Origin: Cytophagaceae bacterium
Lineage (GTDB): Bacteria > Bacteroidota > Bacteroidia > Cytophagales > Spirosomataceae
Assembly: GCA_005791165.1 (NCBI GenBank)
Contig: SXXW01000019.1
Location: forward strand, 17,890 to 81,889
Direction: 5' to 3'
DNA: 64,000 nucleotides
Shown: one piece after another, positions 51,400 through 60,506 of the stretch
Layout: each line of letters begins with the position of its first letter
Numbering within the stretch: position 1 is the first letter of the stretch
Notes under the pieces: generated by a model
Database searches by the model: none
What the model saw: only the letters and a program-made list of their open reading frames with translations
Told to the model about the DNA's origin: nothing
Program-made: the position numbers and the translations under genes

Positions 51400-52998
51400 A
51401 TGATTCAAGCAATGAAAATCAAAAATATAATTTTAGGTATGTTGAGCTTCTCCGTAATTGCATTAAGCAGTTGTGAGAAGACCTTCGACCAGTTGGAGAA
51501 AGACTCTAACCGCGCGGTACAAGTTCCTGCATCATTAGTATTACAGTCGATCGAATTAAACGTCATGAACGACAATGGTCGTCCATTCTCTGGGGAGATG
51601 CGTTACAATCAATTTTATTGCTCTAACTATAATTATTATGCAAATAATGAATATAACTTTGGTCAAATGCCAAACCAATATACTACGTTGAAAAACGTAG
51701 TAAAGATGGAAGAGGAAGCGAAGAAGTTAGGTTTAGCTGACGTGAATGGATACTCCGCTTTAGGTAAGTTCTTCCGTGCGTATTTCTTTGATCAAATGTC
51801 GAAGCGTGTAGGGGATTTACCGATGACGGAAGCCTTGAAAGGGATTCAAAACACGGCTCCTAAATATGATTCGCAAAAAGTTATCTACACACAAATCTTG
51901 AAGTGGTTAGATGATGCGAATGCTGATATGACAGTTTTGGCTGCCAAAGGAGAGACTATCTCAGGTGATTTCTATTTCAATGGAGATTTGAAAAAGTGGC
52001 AAAAAGTGGTTAACGCTTATCGTTTACGTGTGTTGATCACTTTGTCTAAGAAAGATGCAGATGCGGAATTAGGTGTTAAAGCGAAATTTGCTGAAATGCT
52101 AACTAACCCTTCGAAGTACCCCTTGTTTGGATCGAATGGTGAGTCTTTGCAATTTGTTTGGAACAACTTCAACAAGTATCCTTCTAATCCAGATAACTTC
52201 GGTTTCGATGCAACGCGTCAAAACATGGCTTCTACGTATGTAGGATTTTTATCTAAGACACAGGATCCACGTGTGATGGCTACTTGTGAACCTGCAGGTG
52301 CTGATTTGAAGGCTGGTAAATTAGCTTCAGACTTTACGGCTTACCGTGGAGCAGGTTCAGGTGATAATATTGATGATATGGCGAGAAATGCAGGTTTGTC
52401 GAATGGTGCAGGTTTTGCTCCCGGTATCTACTCTTTCCAAAACCGTGCGCGTTACTATCAAACATATACAGGTGAAAATACATTCCTCGTGGGGTATCCT
52501 GAATTATGTTTCAATATCGCGGAAGGTTATGCACGTGGATGGGCAACGGGTTCAGCGGAAGATTGGTACATTAAAGGAATCAAGGCTTCTCAGTCGTTTT
52601 ATGGTATTGCTGAAGGTGCTAATACCATGACGTACTCGAAGTCAGGTGCACGTGATGCTGCCGACTTAGTAAAGTATACGGTTAACTTCAACTTCAATAC
52701 GTTTTATGAGCAATCTTCAGTTAAATATGACGCGGCTACAGGAATTGAGAAAATCGTTTCTCAAAAATATGCTGCCTTCTTCATGAACTCAGGGATGGAA
52801 GCTTATTTCAACTGGAGAAGAACGGGATTCCCTGCGTTCTCTTCGGGAGTTGGTAACGGAAACTCAAATCGTATTGCTTTGCGTTGGATCTATCCAGGTA
52901 CGGAAAGAACAGCTAACGCAACGAATTACAAATCAGCTATTGATAGTCAATATGCTGGTAAGGATGATATCAACGACCAAATGTGGTTGATTAAATAA
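51400..52998 (+). CDS. SusD/RagB-family surface lipoprotein
   Basis: Lipobox LSSC, GDLPMTEAL, PKYDSQK, GDLKKWQK, EAYFNWRRTGFP, C-terminal MWLIK; directly after susC. Confidence 0.93.
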   Translation: MIQAMKIKNIILGMLSFSVIALSSCEKTFDQLEKDSNRAVQVPASLVLQSIELNVMNDNGRPFSGEMRYNQFYCSNYNYYANNEYNFGQMPNQYTTLKNVVKMEEEAKKLGLADVNGYSALGKFFRAYFFDQMSKRVGDLPMTEALKGIQNTAPKYDSQKVIYTQILKWLDDANADMTVLAAKGETISGDFYFNGDLKKWQKVVNAYRLRVLITLSKKDADAELGVKAKFAEMLTNPSKYPLFGSNGESLQFVWNNFNKYPSNPDNFGFDATRQNMASTYVGFLSKTQDPRVMATCEPAGADLKAGKLASDFTAYRGAGSGDNIDDMARNAGLSNGAGFAPGIYSFQNRARYYQTYTGENTFLVGYPELCFNIAEGYARGWATGSAEDWYIKGIKASQSFYGIAEGANTMTYSKSGARDAADLVKYTVNFNFNTFYEQSSVKYDAATGIEKIVSQKYAAFFMNSGMEAYFNWRRTGFPAFSSGVGNGNSNRIALRWIYPGTERTANATNYKSAIDSQYAGKDDINDQMWLIK

Positions 52999-53023
52999 TT
53001 AGTATTTCATAAAATGGTTTTTT

Positions 53024-53054
53024 AAAGGGATAGAAATTTTTTCTATCCCTTTTT
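53024..53054 (+). terminator. Intrinsic terminator after susD
   Basis: AAAGGGATAGAAA-TTT-TTTCTATCCCTTT followed by TT. Confidence 0.8.
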
Positions 53055-53256
53055 ATTTTCTTAGGTATAAACTAATTCTGGAGACATCATTCGGGTAGGC
53101 TTCTCCTTGATTTTCATTGGCAGCTTGTGTAGCATTTTGTTCGTCGTCTAACCTAGTAGAATTTTTCTAGGAGTATTGTGTTCCGATTTTGCTTTTGATG
53201 TATTTACTTGCTTGAATAGTTATCAAAATTAATTTTGGATTACATATTATTTAATA

Positions 53257-53312
53257 TTAACATAAATTTAATTTTCCGGCAATCATTAGATTATATACCC
53301 TATTTATTTTTA
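53257..53312 (+). promoter_or_regulatory. Candidate Pho-box promoter of the TBDT-phytase operon
   Basis: TTAAC (53257), TTAAT (53268), GCAAT (53279), then TATTTTTA at 53305 (26 nt). Confidence 0.6.
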
Positions 53313-53330
53313 GTCTTAAACAAAAAAAAT

Positions 53331-56132
53331 ATGACTAAAAATCTACTTTTATTTTTTACTTTTTTTGCCTTTTGTCACTTTTCGGTAGCTCAAAATGGTA
53401 AATTAATCGGGAAGATTACTGACAATCAAGGGCTTTCGATGCCTGGAGCCACGGTCAAACTGAGTGGCGATTTGACGAAATCACAGGTTTCTGATCAATC
53501 AGGAAAATTCGTTTTTAACTCGTTAAAAAAGGGTAATTACACGGTTGCTATTAGTTACATTGGTTATGAGACGATCATTCAAAAATTAAATTTTGATGCT
53601 GAAGCAAAAGAAATGCTTTTTATTTTAAATGAGAAAGCTATTGAAGGTACCGAAGTTATCGTTGTAGGTGATAGATTAAAGGGTCAGGCAAAGGCGATAA
53701 ACCAACAAAGAAATAATGGCAACATTACGAATGTAGTGTCATCCGATCAGATTGGAAGGTTTCCAGATGCAAATATTGGTGATGCCATGAAGCGTATTCC
53801 TGGAATAACGATGCAGAATGATCAAGGTGAAGCGCGAAATATCATTATAAGGGGAATGGCTGCTGGATTAAATTCAGTTACACTTAATGGAGAGAGGATT
53901 CCATCAGCAGAGGGTGACAATAGAAATGTTCAAATGGATTTAATTCCTTCTGATATGGTTCAAACTATCGAGGTACACAAAGCAGTATTACCTAACATGG
54001 ATGCTGATGCGATTGGTGGTTCAGTCAACTTAATTACTAGAACTGCTCCGAATGCGCTACGTGTATCGGGAACATTGGGTGGTGGGGTTAATTTCTTAAC
54101 CAATAAACCGATTACAAACCTTTCGTTTGTTGTTGGAAATAGAATATTTAATGACAAACTAGGTTTTGTATTTTCAGGGTCTTATAACGACCATATTTTT
54201 GGCTCAGATAATTTTGAGGGAGTTTGGGCAAAGACAAAAAACCCAGCATATCCAGTCGTTTTAAGTGGTTTTGACTTAAGAAAATATGATGTGCAGCGTA
54301 TTAGGAGAAGTAGTTCCTTGGCACTAGACTACCAGTTGGCCAAAGGGCATACGATTTTTTTAAATGCCATGTACAATTGGAGAGACGATCGCGAGAATAG
54401 ATACCGTTTTCGTGTTGACAGATTAAATACACCTATTGAAGCAACTTCATTTAAAGATATTTCAAAGAATTTATATGAAATTCAAGGTCGTGTAGCTATT
54501 CAGACAAAAGGGGGTATTGATAACGATAGAAATCAAAAAACACGGTTAGAGGACCAAAGAGTAGCTAATGTAACTTTGTCAGGAGAAGACTTTTTTGGCA
54601 AATTAAAAATGAATTGGTCGGGTACGTATGCTTACGCCCAGGAAGATAGACCCAATGAAAGATATATTACCCACCGGGGTAATGCTAGAGTGAGTGTAGA
54701 TGCGCGCGATCCGTTTAAGTATATAGTAAATTTGGTTGACAAAAATAGCGCTAATTTATTGGCACTTAATACAATTTATGAGTCGAATAATTTTACTTCT
54801 GAAAGTGATTTGAATGCAAAAGTGGATTTCGAATTGCCTTTAGCAAACAAAGATAATTTTGTTAAATTTGGTGGTAGAGTAAGAAATAAGAGCAAGGAAC
54901 GAATTAACACCTATGATATTTACGCGCCCATAAAAAATTTAGGAGCTACCGGAAATACGTTGGGTCAATTGCCTCTTTCAAATCAAAATGAACGTATTTT
55001 CTTAAATGGTCCACAGTATGTGCCTGGAGCTTTTGTGACAAATGAGTATTTGGGTAAATTGGATTTTTACAATTCTTCACTTTTCAAAAAAACGGATGCA
55101 CTTGCAGAGTATATTACTTCCAACTTTGAGGCAACTGAAACAATAACTGCTGGTTATGCGATGGCTGATCTAAAACTTTCTTCCAAATTGTCATCAACCT
55201 TTGGTGTTAGAATGGAAAATACCTCAATTTCATATAACGGATATAGTTTTGATAACGTTAAAGGAAAAGCAAGTAAAACTGCGGATGTTTCTCAATCTTA
55301 TTTAAATATTCTACCAAGTGCTCATTTAAAATATGATCTGTCTCAAAACTCAATTTTGAGAGCGGCTTGGACTAATACCCTTGCTCGTCCAGCATATTAC
55401 AGCTTAGTTCCTTTTGTAAATTACAGCCCGGACAATCAAGTTTTAACTAGAGGTAATCCTAATCTTGAAGCTACCAAAGCGATGAATTTCGATTTGATGT
55501 TCGAAAATTATTTTGAGTCGATTGGTTTAGTTTCAGTAGGCGTATTCCAGAAAAATTTAAAGGATTTTATTTATGATAAAACTTCTTTGAACGTTACAGA
55601 TCCTTTGTATGGTCAATTAGTAAGTTCCACAAGACCTGAAAATGGTGGTACGGCAGGTGTTAGCGGGTTTGAAACTTCCTTTCAAAGACAGCTTGACTTT
55701 TTGCCAGGAATCTGGAAAGGTTTTGGGGTATATGCAAACTATACCTATACAAATTCCACTACTACCGGAATTGAAGGGAGAGAAAATGATAAATTAGCTC
55801 TTCCTGGAACGGCGAATCACATGTTTAACAGTTCGCTATCTTTTGAAACTAAGAAGTTGGTTTTACGTGTTTCATTAAATATGACGAGTGATTACGTTGA
55901 TGCCATCGGTGGAGATGCATTTAGCGATATTTTTTATGACAAACAGACATTTTTGGATGTAAATGCATCTTATGCATTTAACAAAAATCTTCGCGTATAC
56001 TTTGAAGCAAATAATCTTACTAACCAACCATTGCGTTATTATCAAGGAGTTAGAGAAAGAACATTCCAAGAAGAAATGTATAATTCAAGAATTGGTTTTG
56101 GAATAAAATATGATCTTTTTGGTAAAAAGTAA
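53331..56132 (+). CDS. TonB-dependent receptor, phytase-linked type
   Basis: IGRFPDANIGDAMKRIPGI, DQGEAR, MDADAIGGSVNL, NNLTNQPLRYYQG. True start is the ATG at 53331 (MTKNLL, signal peptide), not TTG 53235. Confidence 0.9.
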   Translation: MTKNLLLFFTFFAFCHFSVAQNGKLIGKITDNQGLSMPGATVKLSGDLTKSQVSDQSGKFVFNSLKKGNYTVAISYIGYETIIQKLNFDAEAKEMLFILNEKAIEGTEVIVVGDRLKGQAKAINQQRNNGNITNVVSSDQIGRFPDANIGDAMKRIPGITMQNDQGEARNIIIRGMAAGLNSVTLNGERIPSAEGDNRNVQMDLIPSDMVQTIEVHKAVLPNMDADAIGGSVNLITRTAPNALRVSGTLGGGVNFLTNKPITNLSFVVGNRIFNDKLGFVFSGSYNDHIFGSDNFEGVWAKTKNPAYPVVLSGFDLRKYDVQRIRRSSSLALDYQLAKGHTIFLNAMYNWRDDRENRYRFRVDRLNTPIEATSFKDISKNLYEIQGRVAIQTKGGIDNDRNQKTRLEDQRVANVTLSGEDFFGKLKMNWSGTYAYAQEDRPNERYITHRGNARVSVDARDPFKYIVNLVDKNSANLLALNTIYESNNFTSESDLNAKVDFELPLANKDNFVKFGGRVRNKSKERINTYDIYAPIKNLGATGNTLGQLPLSNQNERIFLNGPQYVPGAFVTNEYLGKLDFYNSSLFKKTDALAEYITSNFEATETITAGYAMADLKLSSKLSSTFGVRMENTSISYNGYSFDNVKGKASKTADVSQSYLNILPSAHLKYDLSQNSILRAAWTNTLARPAYYSLVPFVNYSPDNQVLTRGNPNLEATKAMNFDLMFENYFESIGLVSVGVFQKNLKDFIYDKTSLNVTDPLYGQLVSSTRPENGGTAGVSGFETSFQRQLDFLPGIWKGFGVYANYTYTNSTTTGIEGRENDKLALPGTANHMFNSSLSFETKKLVLRVSLNMTSDYVDAIGGDAFSDIFYDKQTFLDVNASYAFNKNLRVYFEANNLTNQPLRYYQGVRERTFQEEMYNSRIGFGIKYDLFGKK

Positions 56133-56150
56133 CGAATAGATCTTTTCATT

Positions 56151-56189
56151 AAACGTTTGCTATTTTTATAGCAAACGTTTTTTATTTTT
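56151..56189 (+). terminator. Intra-operon hairpin with T-tract between the TBDT and the phytase
   Basis: Perfect inverted repeat AAACGTTTGCTA / TAGCAAACGTTT followed by TTTATTTTT. Confidence 0.65.
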
Positions 56190-56196
56190 ACACCCT

Positions 56197-57267
56197 ATGA
56201 AATTTCGCTTTGTTATTTTTTTGTTGGCATGTTTGCTAAATATCCACTTTAGCAGTATTTCGCAAGAACGTACCTCTAAAATTCCTACAATAGAAGTTTT
56301 CCCTGAGTTTATAAGTGATACGGTTAGGTTCGATACAGATGATCCAGCCATTTATTACAATCGAAAAAATCCTGCTAAAAGCTTAATCATGGGTACTGAT
56401 AAGGGGGGTAAGATTGGTCAGGGAGGAATCTATGTATTTGATCTTTTTGGCAAAAATATTGAGGGTAAAAATCTGCTTGGCATTAATCGCCCTAACAATA
56501 TTGATATAGCTTATGGGCTTTTGGGAAAAGGTAAAAGTAAAATTGATATTGCTGTATGTACCGAACGAAATACGAATAAAATTCGTGTAATAAAGTTGCC
56601 CGAAATGCAATTAATAGATGGAGGTGGTATAGATGTTTTTCAAGGCGAAATTCAGCGTTCTCCCATGGGAATTGCATTATTCACGGACGCAAAGACAAAT
56701 AAAATTTATGCGATAGTAAGTCGAAAAGATGGTCCTTTGCAAGGGTATTTATTTCAGTATTTACTACAAGTAGGTGATTCGGGAATTGTTACCGCCAAGC
56801 TAGTTAGAAAGTTTGGTCAATATTCGGGTTTGAAAGAAATAGAATCCATTGCGGTAGATAATGAATTAGGTTTCGTTTACTATTCTGATGAAACTGTAGG
56901 TGTTCGAAAGTATTATGCACATCCGGATAGTTCGGGGCGCGAATTAGCTTTGTTCGCCAAAACTGGCTTCACAGAAGACCATGAAGGTATTTCAATTTAC
57001 AAGACCTCAGCAAAGAAAGGTTATATTTTAGTTTCGGATCAACAAGCGAATCAATTTCACGTTTTTAGGAGGGAGGGTGAGCCAGCTGATAAGCATAAGC
57101 ATGAATTGATTAAGATTATAAGGACACAAACTAATGAGAGTGATGGCAGTGAAATCACAAGTTATAAGCTTAACAGAAGATTTAGATATGGTTTGTTTGT
57201 GGCTATGTCAAATAATAAGACATTTCATTTTTATTCTGTCAAGAATTTTTTTGATGAACAATTATAA
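56197..57267 (+). CDS. Beta-propeller (Ca-dependent) phytase
   Basis: DTDDPAIY, GTDK, NNIDIAY, LVRKFG, EIESIAVD, YSDE, DHEGISIY, VSDQ, ESDG; signal peptide. Confidence 0.9.
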   Translation: MKFRFVIFLLACLLNIHFSSISQERTSKIPTIEVFPEFISDTVRFDTDDPAIYYNRKNPAKSLIMGTDKGGKIGQGGIYVFDLFGKNIEGKNLLGINRPNNIDIAYGLLGKGKSKIDIAVCTERNTNKIRVIKLPEMQLIDGGGIDVFQGEIQRSPMGIALFTDAKTNKIYAIVSRKDGPLQGYLFQYLLQVGDSGIVTAKLVRKFGQYSGLKEIESIAVDNELGFVYYSDETVGVRKYYAHPDSSGRELALFAKTGFTEDHEGISIYKTSAKKGYILVSDQQANQFHVFRREGEPADKHKHELIKIIRTQTNESDGSEITSYKLNRRFRYGLFVAMSNNKTFHFYSVKNFFDEQL

Positions 57268-57438
57268 TGAATTGTCTAAGAATTGATCTCATGATTAGGT
57301 TAGGTTATTGAACTTTTGGTCAATTAAGCCTTAACAATTTGCCCATTATTGAAAAGCTAATTGTAAGCCTTTTCACTCGACTAGAAAGAATTTTTATGGA
57401 ATAATGATCATTAGTTTAGAAAAATGTCCTTTTGAAAA

Positions 57439-57984
57439 TTAAATTTGACTCATGCATTCATTATAGATCAATTCCCGCGTTATTTCTTGATTAATTTCGG
57501 GACAATTTCGAAGGTATAGTTGGAGTAATTTCGTCTTTGATAAGCTTAAGTAAGATTTACCTGACGGTTCAAATCCTAAACTATGTAGAATGGAATGCAT
57601 TCCTAGATTATCCGTTCTTGTGGTCGAAAATAAGTGCTCGTTTTTAAATTTATTCATTAGCTCAGCGCATAGAATGGAAGCCAACTTTTGATTTCTATAT
57701 GGCGATTCGACAAACACATATCCAAGTTCAAAGATGTATTTCGAAGGATTCAAATCGGCCAGTGCTTTGTTAAAAACTTCATTGATATAATAGGTTTCTG
57801 GGATTTTAATACTGGTTGTTGCCATGATGGAATCCCCATCTTTAAAATAGGCTGTTAATGCCGAGGAATAAAGTCGGTTTTCCACTAAGCTAGCATTCGC
57901 CTCATTGCCTTTTATAATGAGCCCTTGAATCTTAATCTGATCTTTTTCTGACATTTCTCGGTAGGTGCCGATATATAAATCCAT
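57439..57984 (-). CDS. GNAT-family acetyltransferase
   Basis: FELGYVFVESPYRNQKLAS, FSTTRTDN, LGF. Confidence 0.75.
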   Translation of the reverse strand: MDLYIGTYREMSEKDQIKIQGLIIKGNEANASLVENRLYSSALTAYFKDGDSIMATTSIKIPETYYINEVFNKALADLNPSKYIFELGYVFVESPYRNQKLASILCAELMNKFKNEHLFSTTRTDNLGMHSILHSLGFEPSGKSYLSLSKTKLLQLYLRNCPEINQEITRELIYNECMSQI

Positions 57985-58000
57985 GAAGTTAAATTTTCAG

Positions 58001-58067
58001 CAAACATAGTGTCCTTTCAAAAGCTTTTGAATACAGAATTGTGAAATTAAAGTGAATAAAAAGTTAA
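58001..58067 (-). promoter_or_regulatory. Candidate Pho-box promoter of the GNAT
   Basis: On minus: TTAAC (58067), TTCAC (58056), TTCAC (58045), GTATT (58034), then TATGTTTG at 58008 (26 nt). Confidence 0.55.
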
Positions 58068-58221
58068 GTATTTTGATTTCAATATTGGATAAATATCCTC
58101 CACATTATATTACGATTAATAAATGATTAAACATCTGAATTAACATAAATTAGTCATTGGGGTTATATTATATTTCGGGGCCAATGATTACATAGTGACC
58201 TAACTTTTAAATGAAATTCCA

Positions 58222-58491
58222 ATGAAATATATTAGAATCAGGAAGGTGGGATTTCGAAATTATCAAGATGGTTTCGAGTTTATAAAATACGAGAGGTGTG
58301 AAAACATCTCTTTTGAGTATGTTGAAGAAAAGGAGTTGCTCTTGATTAAATTTAATTTACAAGATCCCGCTGGAGTTACGCTTGAAAATAAATTGACAAA
58401 TCACGAATACAAAACGTTTATGAAAAAGTGGAAATTGTTTTTATTGAACGAAGATTATTTTTTTGATTTAGCGGATTTTAGCCGCAAATAA
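58222..58491 (+). CDS. Hypothetical 89-aa protein
   Basis: ATG ORF ending 6 nt before parA, with a -7-like TATATTTC upstream; no recognised domain. Confidence 0.55.
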   Translation: MKYIRIRKVGFRNYQDGFEFIKYERCENISFEYVEEKELLLIKFNLQDPAGVTLENKLTNHEYKTFMKKWKLFLLNEDYFFDLADFSRK

Positions 58492-58497
58492 TTTCGG

Positions 58498-59274
58498 ATG
58501 AAGGCAAAAATAATATCAATTGCAAACCAAAAAGGCGGCGTGGGCAAAACTACCACCGCGATAAATTTGGCATATAGCTTAGCCAGTTTAGGGAAAAAAG
58601 TATTAATTATCGACATCGATCCACAGGCCAACAGTACTTCCGGTTTGGGCCTTGATCCAAGCACTTGCGAGTACACGATTTATGACATCTTATTAAGTAG
58701 AATTCAAATCAAAAGTGTCATTGTCTCTTCAGTGTTTGAAAATCTTGATTTAATTCCGGCCGATATCAATTTAGTCGGCGCTGAAATAGAACTCATTAAT
58801 TCGATTAGTCGGGAAACCATTCTGAAAGAGCACCTAGAAACTATTCGTGGCCAATATGAGTACATTTTTTTGGATTGTTCTCCTTCCCTAGGCCTGTTGA
58901 CTATCAATAGTCTAACCGCGTCAGACACCGTCATCATTCCTGTTCAATGTGAATATTTTGCCCTCGAGGGATTGGGGAAATTAATGAATACCATTAAAAT
59001 TATTCAAACTAGGTTGAATACTAATCTGAATATTGAAGGGATTTTGTTGACCATGTTTGACACTCGGTTAAACCTATCGAACCAAGTTGTTACTGAGATC
59101 TGTAAACATTTTAAAAATTTGGTTTTTGACACCATCATTCCACGCAATATTCGATTAAGCGAATCTCCAAGTTTTGGAATTCCAGTCATGTTACATGACC
59201 CTTCAAGTATCGGATCTAAAAGTTACATCAATTTAGCTAATGAGATTTTAAAAAGGGCAGAAGTTAAAGTTTAG
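58498..59274 (+). CDS. parA: ParA/Soj-family ATPase (no adjacent parB)
   Basis: [49 protein letters not shown]. Confidence 0.9.
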   Translation: MKAKIISIANQKGGVGKTTTAINLAYSLASLGKKVLIIDIDPQANSTSGLGLDPSTCEYTIYDILLSRIQIKSVIVSSVFENLDLIPADINLVGAEIELINSISRETILKEHLETIRGQYEYIFLDCSPSLGLLTINSLTASDTVIIPVQCEYFALEGLGKLMNTIKIIQTRLNTNLNIEGILLTMFDTRLNLSNQVVTEICKHFKNLVFDTIIPRNIRLSESPSFGIPVMLHDPSSIGSKSYINLANEILKRAEVKV

Positions 59275-59471
59275 CCTCATGTATAGGCGAGGAGCAATAA
59301 TTAATTGGTTCTTTAGGGGATATGGTTTGATTCTTGCCAACCTAAATTAACAAATCATTTTCTTATTGTTAGCAAATATTAACCCATTTGTTATATAATC
59401 ATTAAATGAATTTTATCGTTCTAATCTTATCAAGATGGTGGCTAAATTTATATTAATCATTAGCGTATTTT

Positions 59472-60506
59472 ATGTTAGGCAAAAAGAAAATTTTATTTTT
59501 AACTGGGTCGATTAATCAGACGATCCAAATGCATTCCATATCAAAATTTTTGCCTCAGTACGATTGTTACTTCAGCCAATTTTTTTCAGAAAATATTTTC
59601 ATTTCAAAAGCTATTGAATGGGGTATTTTGGATACTACCATCATGGGAAATCCTTTACGAAAAAGAGCGGAAGAATATATTCATAAGCATCATTTACCGA
59701 ACGATTACCAGGCTAAATTAAATACATACGAATTGGTTGTTTTTTGTTCAGATATGCTTTTCCCGAAAAAGTTTTTGAATACCAAAACTATTTGGGTGCA
59801 AGAAGGAATGATTGATCCGTATACCATGCTTAGTGCCTTTATTCAAAAAACGGGCATCCCGCGCTATTGGAGTTTTGGAACTTCTTTAAATGGAACGTCA
59901 AATCTTTGTGATGTGTATTGTGCCGCATCCGAGGGATATAAGAAGTATTTTATTAGCAAGGGGACAGATGAAAATAAGATTATCGTCACAGGTATTCCTA
60001 ATTACGATCATTTGATCCAACATGTTCAAAATGACTTTGAACACCATGGATATGTGATGGTCGCCACCACGGATATGCGAGAGACTTATCGCTATGAAAA
60101 TCGTCCAAAATTTCTAAAAAAATGTGTCGAAATCGCGGCGGGTAGAAAGCTGCTTTTTAAGTTACACCCTAATGAAAAAAAGGATCGAGCGATTCAAGAA
60201 ATTAAAGATAATTGCCCTGCTGATACGTTGATCTTTACGGAAGGGCCAACGAATGAAATGATTGCCAACTGTGACGAATTAATTACCCAGTATTCAACGG
60301 TTGTTTATACCGGAATTGCCTTGGGAAAAAAAGTGCATTCATATTTTGACCTTGATGATTTATTGAAAAAAATGCCCATTCAGAATGGGGGAGAATCCGC
60401 TCAAAGAATTGCTAAAATATGCGAGATGTATCTTGAATTTACAGGTTCAAAAGAAGCGTTTTTAAATCAATTGCCCACGAGTATTCATAAGGAAACCTAT
60501 GTCTAA
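59472..60506 (+). CDS. GT-B-like protein, putative nucleotide-sugar transferase
   Basis: VQEG, VTGIPNYD, FKLHPNE, YSTVVY motifs; first gene of a glycan operon. Confidence 0.55.
   Translation: MLGKKKILFLTGSINQTIQMHSISKFLPQYDCYFSQFFSENIFISKAIEWGILDTTIMGNPLRKRAEEYIHKHHLPNDYQAKLNTYELVVFCSDMLFPKKFLNTKTIWVQEGMIDPYTMLSAFIQKTGIPRYWSFGTSLNGTSNLCDVYCAASEGYKKYFISKGTDENKIIVTGIPNYDHLIQHVQNDFEHHGYVMVATTDMRETYRYENRPKFLKKCVEIAAGRKLLFKLHPNEKKDRAIQEIKDNCPADTLIFTEGPTNEMIANCDELITQYSTVVYTGIALGKKVHSYFDLDDLLKKMPIQNGGESAQRIAKICEMYLEFTGSKEAFLNQLPTSIHKETYV

Noticed and set aside
53060-53230. Possible small ORF (MLHKLPMKIKEKPTRMMSPELVYT, minus) or sRNA between susD and the TBDT
   Set aside because: It is only 24 codons, with no recognisable motif or promoter, so it cannot be supported.
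59340-59471. Pho-like array before the glycan operon (also 58116-58145 before the parA unit)
   Set aside because: TTAAY pentamers occur but do not keep the 11-bp period or the 26-27 nt spacing to a -7 box, so they are likely AT-rich background.
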